The position numbers and the translations under genes are program-made. From contig NW_021825307.1 in assembly GCF_006345805.1 (NCBI RefSeq), positions 1 to 15,971 of the forward strand: DNA of 15,971 bases, in the 5' to 3' direction. Every line of letters starts with the position of its first letter. Within the stretch, counting starts at the first letter, position 1. Positions 1 to 9,122 of the stretch are shown one piece after another. The DNA is from Octopus sinensis (taxonomy: Eukaryota). The notes beneath the pieces were generated by a model. That model worked only from the letters and a program-made list of their open reading frames with translations, was not told the origin of the DNA and ran no database searches.

Positions 1-195
1 ATATATATATATATATATTAATAAATAAACATATGCATATATACATACATATATCTGTACGTACCTACCTCTTCATGTATATATACACACATATATGAGT
101 ACAAGACACCAATATATATATATATGTGTGTATTTACACATATATACATTATATATTATGTAAACTTTATTTAAAGCAGCAGAAAATTCAACAAC

Positions 196-233
196 CTGTT
201 ACTCTGAGTTTCCCATTGCCGTTCATCGGACAG
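196..233 (-). ncRNA. Minimal type-I hammerhead ribozyme motif, degenerate (U4C, weak stem II)
   Basis: Minus strand: CUGU | CCGAUGA | ACG-GCAA-UGG | GAAA | CUC-A-GAG-U-A(cleavage) | ACAG. Stem I CUGU/ACAG, stem III ACUC/GAGU, GUA triplet. Confidence 0.65.
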
Positions 234-249
234 TTATTTCTAAGCAAAA

Positions 250-287
250 CTGTACGATGACCGGCAACGAGAAACTCATAGTAACAG
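250..287 (+). ncRNA. Minimal type-I hammerhead ribozyme motif, degenerate (C3A, U4C)
   Basis: Plus strand: CUGU | ACGAUGA | CCG-GCAA-CGA | GAAA | CUCAUAG-U-A(cleavage after 283) | ACAG. Inverted partner of 196-233. Confidence 0.6.
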
Positions 288-396
288 ATTTTGTTGAATT
301 TTCTGCTGCTTAAAATAAAGCATATTACTCTACCACTGGTATTTGAGTACTCTTTTTTCCACCTTGTTTCACATTTATGTGTTTTTTCTACTCCGG

Positions 397-437
397 TATA
401 TATATGTATATATATAGTATATATGGTAATATACATG

Positions 438-523
<86 letters not shown>

Positions 524-549
524 TAGATGGATAGATAGATGGTTAGACT

Positions 550-604
<55 letters not shown>
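397..604. repeat. Compound microsatellite (TA)n-(GA)n-(GATA)n
   Basis: Read directly: pure (TA)n 442-487, (GA)n 492-522, (GATA)n 522-604. Confidence 0.97.
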
Positions 605-606
<2 letters not shown>

Positions 607-1679
607 ATGATAGAAAATGAATTGAACGTCATTCTGTATTTAAATTCACTACAATTGTTTCGACACATTTTTACATTCACAGTACACTCAATAACATGCA
701 TAATCTCTCTCATCCATACAAGGTATAAGACGCTCATCTTCAGATGGTTGCTTAAATAAGTTCTTCGGTACCAACTTGCAATTATAAGGTGTAAGAGCTA
801 CCTAAACTCAAAGCTGTGAAAGTAGCAGATACTTGTCCAAGATGCAAAGCTATTTTATCTCGAAACCAGAACCGTGTGGTTGTGAAACTCTATTTTTAAT
901 CTAACGTTGGTGTTTGCATCCATTCGAAGTGCTAGAAATTTTCTCACATTACACTGTCAAATCTACTCTAAAGAATGTATCAATATAGAATCTTTGTAAC
1001 TCGAGGAGGGGCGAAACTATTCGAAGTAGTGCTCGGTGTCACTTGGTCTTTGAAATATATAGAATGAGTGAGAGAAGACTTGAGGCTGATCGGAAGTAAT
1101 AAAAGAAGGCGCTGCAGAAAAGGAAGTTATTGGTGTAGAAACGGAAGGTAGATCGGGGAGAAAAATATAATCTTTGAGAAATAATTCTTTGGTTGGTGGA
1201 TTGCACGTGATACTTGTTAACAAGTGAAGCATTCCAAATTATTTTTGCGTCGTTTTCAAGTCTTGAAGGCAAATTTTTAAATACTGGAATATTTGTGAAA
1301 TCATAAGTTCGGAACAGTGTTCCAAAAATCGAAGGTAGTTTGTTTTTAAATGAAGAATATAACAAAAAAAAGCGTAAACAAAGGATGTGTTGACGAAAGC
1401 ATAAGGGAAAAATTACACAGAATTAATTAAAGTTTTAATTAAAAAATAAGAAAAAGAAATAATATTTCGGTCCCTGTAGCTCAGAAGTCTTGGCTTTCAT
1501 CTAAGACTTCATTTATTTTCAAATAGCTTCAGAAATGTCTTTGAAAATATGGAAATTTCTGATGAAAACACTCTAATGACTAAAAAACAATTATCAAAAA
1601 GATGATTTGTTAATAATTTGTTCATAATTACGGTTGGCTTTATTTAGGTCACGAAAATATGTGGTCATAATTATACTTG

Positions 1680-1682
<3 letters not shown>

Positions 1683-1717
<35 letters not shown>

Positions 1718-1751
1718 TTCTCTTTCTACGTGTTTATCTATCCATCCATCC

Positions 1752-1816
<65 letters not shown>

Positions 1817-1854
1817 CCTACCTGTATATCTATCTATCTATCTACCTACCTGTA

Positions 1855-1910
<56 letters not shown>
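1683..1910 (+). repeat. (CT)n followed by (CATC)/(TATC)n microsatellite
   Basis: (CT)n 1683-1711; (TATC)n with variants 1735-1910. Confidence 0.97.
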
Positions 1911-2356
1911 ATCCTTGTGGCTATGGCGAAAGAATGTATCTGGTGGACGCGTCTGAAAGGATTGTAGACAAACACTTTCCTCTCTAGTCAATCTCTCATC
2001 AACTTCTTCAAGTACCACTTGAAAAGGAAAGTGAGAGTAGAGAGGCAAGTTTTGTTTAGCGAATGTTTTAAAAAAAGATGGGTGAATGTAGCAAGGATGG
2101 CACCTTGAGCATAATCCTATGAACCCAGAAATTGAAAACAGAGGGTTACCCACTCACAAACAAATGTGGTAACATATTACAAGGCTTTTCTTCCTTTTTT
2201 TTCCTTTTACGATCCCTTTTGATCGAAAACCTACGCCACCTTTTTTTTTGTTTCCTTTGTTTTTTGTTTTTTGTTTTTTTTCATCCCCCCAAAAGAAAAG
2301 CTCTACCTTGTAACTTGTCCCATCTGTGTGCAGCCCTGTGTGGCCAATAAAGAAAC
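1908..2356 (+). mobile_element. 5'-truncated Tx1/L1-type LINE copy 1 (end of ORF2 plus 3' UTR)
   Basis: 1908-2103 matches 6118-6313 at 191/196 nt without gaps, followed by a 19-nt deletion. The 3' UTR ends CAGCCCTGTGTGGCCAATAAAGAAAC on (TATC)n. Confidence 0.93.
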
Positions 2357-2378
2357 TTATCTATCTATCTATCTATCT

Positions 2379-2524
2379 GTTTTTCTCTCTCTTTTTACGA
2401 TTCCTTTTGATCGAAAACCTACCCCCTTTTTATTTTTATTTTATTTTTTTCTCCCCCCAAAAGAAAAGCTCTACTTTGTAATTTGTCCCCTCTGTGTTCA
2501 GCCCTGTGTGGCTAATAAAGAAAC
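2379..2524 (+). mobile_element. Severely 5'-truncated Tx1/L1-type LINE copy 2 (3' UTR only)
   Basis: Contains the TTTTACGAT...GATCGAAA hairpin, the AAAAGAAAAGCTCTAC block and the terminal CAGCCCTGTGTGGCTAATAAAGAAAC shared with 6600-6730. Confidence 0.9.
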
Positions 2525-2570
2525 TTATCCATCCATCCATCCATCCACCCACCCATCCATCCATCCATCC

Positions 2571-2609
<39 letters not shown>

Positions 2610-2659
2610 CATCCATCTATCTATCTATCTATCTATCTACCTATCTATCTATCTATCTA

Positions 2660-2747
<88 letters not shown>

Positions 2748-2761
2748 CATCTATCTATCTT

Positions 2762-2800
<39 letters not shown>
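2525..2800 (+). repeat. (CATC)n/(TATC)n microsatellite
   Basis: Read directly. Confidence 0.97.
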
Positions 2801-2801
<1 letters not shown>

Positions 2802-2881
2802 AATTTCTCACAAAGAAACTGTACTGGGATCTCCTCGAGGACAAACCAAAGGAGGAGAAAGCAAAAACTTTCGAGCAGTAA
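2801..2881 (+). pseudogene. Probable C-terminal remnant of LINE ORF1 ([26 protein letters not shown])
   Basis: Open frame starting at the TATC junction and stopping at 2879-2881, 44 nt before the ORF2 ATG. Supported by position only, with no recognisable motif. Confidence 0.4.
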
Positions 2882-2925
2882 GTAACCCTCTGTTCCTTTC
2901 ACTTGTATTCTAATTCATTAGGACT

Positions 2926-5900
2926 ATGATCAAGATTGGTTGTGTAAATGCGCTTGGCTTGGGGTCCCCTTGGAAACAAGGGTACCTCTTAAATGACATA
3001 AAGTCACATAAGTTAGAAATCTAATGCCATAAGTGAGACCAGACTCCACATCCGCGGGCCCTAAAGACCATGTTTGGCGGACAGTTCAACATTTATTTTT
3101 CCCCCTGTCTGCCGAGAATGGGCGGTAGTGCACCGCGGTACTTTTTCACAAGAGTCTGGATCTCAAAGTAAGACAATATTCGTAGACCCGGAGGGTAGAC
3201 TGGTCGTCCTGGATGTCGACGTCAGCAATGGGTGCGCTTTTCGACTCGTATCAGTCTACGCACCGCCCTTAACAGGTCGGGCGGATTTCTTTCAACGTCT
3301 AGAAGTATTCTTGGAAACGTCTCGTCCTTTACTCTTAGTGGGGGATTGGAATGCTACCTTGGACACGCATGTAGACTACGTGGGTAGAGATAGGAATAGA
3401 CGGGGATGCAAAGCCTCAGAGACCTGCTCAGACGCTTTCAACTGTCTGACAGGTTCCGACTAGACCACCCGAATGCGCCAACGTGGTCATGGAGCAACCG
3501 CATCGGGTCGTCGAGATCGTATCTAGATAGGATACTGTGTAGGACAGTAGACAGAGATAGCATAGGATGTCCACAATTCAATTCACATAGTCAGCTACAC
3601 GGATCACAAACTTGTGACATGTACGCTAGACTTAGGTAAGACACTTAGGCAGGGTCCCGGATACTGGAAACTAAACGCGTCTTTCCCATCGAGACAGGTT
3701 TTCAGAGACCGGATTAGCACACTAATAAAGAGGGCTTTGACGGAGCCATCATCAACAACAAATGGTGGTTTGCCCTCAAGAGAGCAGTAAAAGCAGAAGC
3801 GATTAGGTACAGCAAAGCACTAGCCATAGATAGAAATAGAGTAGAGGGTGAGCTAGTTAAGAAGCTAGAAGAGGCAATTAGAAGCGGCATCGCATCCGAC
3901 GTTTTGGCGGCGAGTTGGCCCTCGACCAACACTTCAACGCCAAACACGAAGGATGTGCTGTCAGAGCTAGGATGCGTGCTCTAAGGAACGAAGGTGTTGG
4001 AGCCGCGAGAGAGGCCCGGGGGCAGAGGCGCAACAGGGCAACAAAGCCACCATTCGGTCCCTGGTAGATGAACAGGGGCGCGAATTGCTCGAGCCAAGTA
4101 AAATGTGTGAGGCCTTTCAGCAGCATTTTGCCCGACTGTTCGGAACGAGTGGAGGGCAAGAACGTAGGGTGGACTTCAGTGCCTACCTACATAGCCTACC
4201 ACGACTCTCGACAAGAAAGGCAGGGTGCTGCGAAGGTGCCATCACGGCGGCGGAAGTGCAGGGAGCGATGGCAGAATGCTCGAGGGACAAATCACCGGGT
4301 TTGGATGGTCTACCCTACGAGCTTTACAATTGTATGCCAGACTTGTTTGGAGATCTCTTGGCGGCGGTGTACTGCAACTGGCAGCAAAACGGGAGCATTC
4401 TGGTTTTGTGAGCCGAGGAGCCGTAACACTGCTGAAGAAAGATCTAAACAAGGGAAATGTAATAGATAACTTTAGGCCCATCACTCTGCTTAATGCAGAC
4501 TTGAAAATTTTGGCCAAGGTGCTAGCCAAGAGGTTGGCGCTTGTCATCGAGAAACTGGTCGACAGGGCGCAAACATGCGCCGTGCCAGGCCGGACCATCC
4601 ATGACAACCTCGACCTGATGCGCTACATCATAGACAGGGTAGTTAACGAACCTGGCATGGGTGGGGCGCTGATCAATTTGGATCAATCGAAAGCTTTCGA
4701 TAGGGTGGACCATCGATACTTGGAGGCGGTCCTCGAGCGGCTGGCTTCGGTCCCGTCTTCCGCGGCTGGATAGCCGCTTTGTACAGAGGCATCCGTTCGG
4801 TAATTCGCGTGAATGGACATCTATCGAGACCCTTCGACATCGCACGTTCGGTCCGTCAGGGATGCCCCCTCTCGTCGCTTCTATACGTATTGACTCTCGA
4901 GCCATTATTGCGGAGGCTGGCAACCTTGAGAGGCATCCCGCGAGAACTGGGATGCGGGACGAGCGTGTCTGCATACGCGGACGACGTCACCGTCATAGTG
5001 TCTAGCCACGAGCACATCGAGCAGGTCGGCGAGACCTGAAAAACTACGAAGCAGTGACAGGAGCGAAAATCAACCGGGAAAGTCAGTGGGCTTGCGACTA
5101 GGCACCTGGAGAAGCAACCCATGCCGTCCACCAGCGCCTCCGTCGTGGGACGCTGGACCGACGGCCCGGTTGAGTTGCTCGGGGTCTGGTTTGGTCCGGA
5201 CCTCCAAGTGGAGAAGAACTGGAACGAAATAACGAGTAGGGTGGTCACTCTCGCCCGGCAATGGGCCGAGAGGAAACTGTCCCTAAAAGGTCGGGCGGAG
5301 GTGGCGAACACGTACACGCGTCCGTCATCTACTACCGCCTGACCGTCGTACCTTGTCCCGACCCTACCATCACCAAACTACAACGCATTCTCTTTCGCTT
5401 CTTGTGGAAAGGATGCGTCCCGATGGTCAGGCGATCCATTTGCTGTCAACACCCGTTAAAAGGAGGGCTGGGCATGCCGTGGTTAATGATGCGCAGACAC
5501 GCGCTGAGACTGCGACATCTCTGGCTCTATGTAGACGACGGCGAACAGGTGTGGTCGCCGTTTGTGAGGCACGCTTTTCCGCAGCTCGTCTCCATGACCG
5601 AACTGCAGTCGTGGATCAAAGAGTCCGAAGAAGGGAATGGCACCGCGAGTGTCGCGTTGCTCTCAAGCAACTCTGCCGTCCTGGGTCGACCTTGAGTGAC
5701 TTCAACACAACCAAAGCATTCTATAGGGGTTTAGTGGAGGGAAGGTACGACGACGAGCTCGGGGCGAACCTGGACGTCGACGAGGAGTACTTGACCCGCC
5801 TGTTCAGGACGACTTTCGGGCCAGGGCCCATGGACAACTTCCAGAGATCCCTGGCCTGGCAGTGCTACCGAGAAGCGCTACCCGTTCGGGATAAGCTCTA

Positions 5901-6351
5901 CAGACACGGCTCGAAAAACACGGGGCCGACCTGCCCGAGATGCGGTCAGAGCGACGAAACCGTTCTGCACGCACTCGTGCAGTGTCCAACAATTTCCGAC
6001 CTGTGGGCTTATGTCGAACAACTGCTGTCACGTGTGGGACGAGTCGGTTTATCAGCTGAGTCTATCGTTAATATTGTCACGCCTCCCTCCTTCAAACGGG
6101 AAGGAAGAGCTATTTTCATCATCCTTGTGGCTATGGCGAAAGAATGTATCTGGTGGACGCGTCTGAAAGGATTGGAGACAAACACTTTCCTCTCTGGTCA
6201 ATCTCTCATCAACTTCTTCAAGTACCACTTGAAAAGGAAAGTGAGAGTAGTGAGGCAAGTTTTGTCTAGCGAATGTTTTAAAAAAAGATGGGTGAATGTA
6301 GCAAGAATGGCACGTATGAATGACGAAGCCACCTTGAGCATGATCCTATGA
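2926..6351 (+). pseudogene. LINE ORF2 (APE endonuclease, reverse transcriptase, CCHC zinc finger), frameshifted in this sequence
   Basis: Stitched motifs: MIKIGCVNALGL (2926), ISETRL, SVYAP, LVGDWN, RSYLDRIL, YTDHKLV, GPGYWKLN, KSPGLDGLPYELY, NFRPITLLNADLKILAK, LDQSKAFDRVDH, VRQGCPLS, YADD (4974-4985), LLGVWF, CPRC-x8-H-x4-C, stop at 6349-6351. About 16 frameshifts. Confidence 0.93.
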
Positions 6352-6730
6352 ACCCAGAAATTGAAAACAGAGAGTTGCTTATTCGCAAGAAAAAAAAAAA
6401 AAAAGAAATATAACATGTGACTCCATTGACCGAGGTTACCGTGGTCTTTTCCGTAGGCTTTTCTTTCCACGGGCAAACCTCACCTGTCCTCCCCTTTACA
6501 CTTCATATTGACATTTCTGTGATAACGATCCCTATTGATCAATTTTTTTTTTTTTTTCCTCTCCCCCTTTTTTTTAACCCCCCCTTTTTTTGTCCTCTTT
6601 CCCTCCTTTTACGATCCCTTTTGATCGAAACTCCCCCTTCCTTTTTTTTTTTTTTTAAACCTTCAAAAGAAAAGCTCTACCTTGTAATTTGTTCTATCTG
6701 TGTGCAGCCCTGTGTGGCTAATAAAGAAAC

Positions 6731-6749
6731 ATATCTATCTATCTACCTA

Positions 6750-6787
<38 letters not shown>

Positions 6788-6795
6788 CCTATCTA

Positions 6796-6837
<42 letters not shown>

Positions 6838-7024
6838 ACAATCTATCTATCTATCTACCTATCTATATCTATCTATCTACCTATCTATCTATCTATCCGT
6901 CTATCTATCTAACTACCCATTCATCTATCTATCTATCTATCTATATCTATCTATCCATCTATCTATCTATCTATCTATCTAACTACCCATTCATCTATCT
7001 ATCTATCCATCTATCTAACTACCC

Positions 7025-7098
<74 letters not shown>

Positions 7099-7123
7099 CA
7101 TCTATCTATCCATCTATCTATCT
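6731..7123 (+). repeat. (TATC)n microsatellite with variant units
   Basis: Read directly; contains three copies of a TATCTAACTACCCATT variant block. Confidence 0.97.
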
Positions 7124-7605
7124 CTACAGGCGATCTACTTATAAGGATCTATAATCGCGGACCTTCATGCAAATATGATCTTTTTTGAGAAAGATACCGT
7201 CAGTCTGTTTACAATCTTCTCTGCTAATCTTCTACTCTCCTGATCTTACAATTCGGACACGGAGCCAACCTGAGCCTTGGGTAGGGGAACAGGTTCAAAG
7301 GACATCAGAGAATGCCCACACAACTGTGGACCTTTGTGTCATATTCTTAGGGACTAGCCTTCCTCCCGAGTTCTCTATGCTTTAATCACGCCTTAATCAC
7401 AGAACTTCTTTCATTTCTTCCATAACCGAACCTCTGTTGAGGTAATACGACCAAATACCTGCATGTGGACTCGGATGAAGCAGTGACTAAGAACTCTATA
7501 TTGAATTTCTGAGCTGGAACCTCACCAACGAATGAGGTTTAATGCTTTATTCAGGACACGCAATATTTAGGCTATAATTTACAGAAATAGGACTGTGATC
7601 AAAAT

Positions 7606-7889
7606 CACTCCTGCTCCAGAGCGTCGGCTGCGGGGTCATTCCGAAAAGCTCTACCTGCGACGATTTCATCTCAATCGAAGGAGAGGAGCTTTCTCCGTTC
7701 GGGTTGCGGATCCGTGGAACAAGCTGCCAGACGAGATGGTGAAGATGCCGACGACCGCTTTGTTCAAAGTCTCCCTTGACCTCAAGTGGCCTGAACTCTT
7801 TACATGAACACCACCCTGTACATAACTCCATGTCCCCCTACATGGCCTTGCTTTTTGCTTTTGAGCCAAAAATTAACTAACTAACTAAC
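7606..7889 (+). mobile_element. CR1-clade LINE 3' fragment (ORF2 C-terminus, 3' UTR, (TAAC)4 tail)
   Basis: Peptide RGHSEKL...RRGAFSVRVADPWNKLPDEMV...FKVSLD fits the CR1-type C-terminal signature RGH-KL...F-RV-WN-LP...FK-LD. Stop at 7805-7807; short tandem-repeat tail 7874-7889. 5' boundary approximate. Confidence 0.85.
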
Positions 7890-7974
7890 ATATCTGGTCT
7901 TATAAAGTGTATAATTACAGAAAGATGGCACTTCTGAAAATTTATTTGGCCACATGTAGATATGTAGGATATAA

Positions 7975-8269
7975 AAGGGTAAAGACCCCCTTCGGTGATG
8001 AGTGACCATGGAATTGCACCTAGAAAGTTACCCTCTGAGGCACAAGTCCAGGCAAGGTTGTTTTATGGAAGACTAGCAGTCATCCATGCATACCAGTCTC
8101 CCCTCTTCATGCTACAGGTGTTGTCCAAGGGAAAGGCAAAGGCCGAAACAGCATGGCACCAGTCATTTCTACAGCTGAGTGAACTGGAGCAATGTGAAAT
8201 AAGGCATCGAACTCACAACCTCATGATTATGAGCCCGACACTTTAACAACCGAGCCATGCGCCTTCACA
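7975..8269 (-). mobile_element. tRNA-derived SINE with 13-bp target-site duplication
   Basis: Minus-strand head GTGAAGGCGCATGGCTCGGTTG (A-box-like) and GAGTTCGATGCC (B-box). TSD ATGTAGGATATAA at 7962-7974 and 8270-8282. Confidence 0.85.
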
Positions 8270-8380
8270 ATGTAGGATATAATGCAGAGAAAGGCTTCGA
8301 ATGTCCCGCCCGTGTTTTTTGTATCGTTTTCTAAATGTTTTACATTCTTGTCCCAGTTTGTATTTTTCTACATAAAATAA

Positions 8381-8412
8381 TATATATACACACACACACA
8401 TATATATATATA

Positions 8413-8465
<53 letters not shown>

Positions 8466-8650
8466 CACACACCACACACACAACATATATATATATATAC
8501 ACACACACATATATATATATATATATAATACACACACACACATATATATATATATATACACACACACATATATATATATATATACACACACACACACCAC
8601 ACACACACAACACACACACACACAACACACACAATATATATATATATATA
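8381..8650. repeat. Interleaved (TA)n/(CA)n microsatellite
   Basis: Read directly. Confidence 0.97.
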
Positions 8651-8832
8651 CAGTTAATCCAAACATGAAAACACAAAGGGAAAACACAACAACGCGAGGA
8701 CGTGGAACAAGCATAGTGTTATTATTGGACGCTCAGGAAAGGAAACAAAGAAGGAGGATTTAACGTTTCGAGCGGAGCTCTTCGTCAGAAACATAGGAAA
8801 AGGAAAGGTCCAAGGAAGGGAAGACGGAGAAA
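8651..8832 (-). mobile_element. Penelope-like terminal-repeat fragment carrying a hammerhead motif
   Basis: Contains the hammerhead at 8758-8792 and runs into (TA)n/(CA)n about 110 nt downstream on the minus strand. Boundaries approximate; family inferred. Confidence 0.55.
8758..8792 (-). ncRNA. Minimal type-I hammerhead ribozyme motif with intact core
   Basis: GUUU | CUGACGA-A | GAGC-UCC-GCUC | GAAA | CG-U-U(cleavage) | AAAU. Stem I 4 bp including a G-U pair, stem II 4 bp, loopless palindromic stem III ACGU. Confidence 0.7.
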
Positions 8833-8918
8833 TTGTAGACATAATTGTGTTTGGTCGTTTTTTAGCTAAGATACTAAGATATAAGAAAGCTGACATGGTT
8901 GCCATTATTAAAGAAGGA

Positions 8919-9077
8919 CAGGCTTCTTTCAGTTTCCGTCTACCGAATCCACTCACAAGGCTTTGGTCAGCCCGAGGCTATAGTAGAAGACACTTGCCCA
9001 AGGTGCCACGCAATGGGACTGAACTCGGAACCATGTGATTGGGAAGCAAGCTTCTTACCACGCAGCCACGCCTGCAC

Positions 9078-9080
<3 letters not shown>
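8919..9080 (-). mobile_element. tRNA-derived SINE head and core (CORE-like)
   Basis: Minus strand GGTGCAGGCGTGGCTGCGTGGTAAG (A box), GAGTTCAGTCC (B-box-like), CCTTGGGCAAGTG (CORE-like). Homologous to 10272-10433 and 10501-10667. Confidence 0.8.

Positions 9081-9120
<40 letters not shown>
9081..9120. repeat. (TA)n microsatellite
   Basis: Read directly. Confidence 0.97.

Positions 9121-9122
<2 letters not shown>

Larger units (their letters stand above)
165..396 (+). mobile_element. Penelope-like terminal-repeat remnant with inverted 5' arm (156-bp foldback 165-320, then 3' extension into (TA)n)
   Basis: Arms 165-235 and 248-320 are reverse complements (7 mismatches plus a 2-nt gap, 12-nt loop). 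Each arm contains a hammerhead-like motif. AATAAA at 314-319, then unique sequence ending on (TA)n at about 397. PLE assignment is inferred from the hammerhead plus inverted-arm architecture. Confidence 0.6.
2801..6730 (+). mobile_element. Tx1/L1-clade non-LTR retrotransposon, 5'-truncated (most of ORF1 missing), with complete ORF2 span and 3' UTR
   Basis: APE-RT-CCHC ORF2 (see 2926-6351), visibly GC- and CpG-rich against the AT-rich flanks. 3' UTR 6352-6730 ends AATAAAGAAAC. Flanked on both sides by (TATC)n. Tx1-group call rests on motif style (GPGYWKLN, KSPGLDGLPYELY, LDQSKAFDRVDH, KGGLGMP). Confidence 0.9.

Noticed and set aside
165-320. Interpretation as a classical TIR MITE or a pre-miRNA
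   Set aside because: No clear TSD, one arm continues into further element sequence, and both arms carry hammerhead topology. The inverted PLE terminus explanation fits better, though a MITE is not fully excluded.
1017-1370. Purine-rich stretch with a faint transposase-like peptide (AFQII...LNTGIFV) on plus and a 108-aa ORF on minus
   Set aside because: Multiple stops and similarity too weak to call by eye; needs a tBLASTn or HMM search.
1634-2885. ORFs rich in YLSI/IYLS/HPSI (also 291-488, 543-737, 6417-7154, 8243-8763, 11033-11369, 14329-14775, 15616-15822)
   Set aside because: These are translations of (TATC)n, (TA)n, (CA)n, (TACA)n and (TAA)n microsatellites, which lack stops in some frames. 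No evidence of coding function.
6390-6404. A15 run just after the ORF2 stop, resembling a poly(A) tail
   Set aside because: Homology with copies 1 and 2 continues to 6730, so the run is internal to the 3' UTR and not the element end.
3714-6476. Minus-strand ORFs overlapping the LINE (for example 4242-4607, 4522-4974, 4856-5317)
   Set aside because: Antisense shadows of a GC-rich coding region, with no recognisable motifs.
7124-7605. Moderately GC-rich block between the TATC tract and the CR1 fragment
   Set aside because: No frame on either strand gave a recognisable motif, and no terminal structures were found. Left unannotated.
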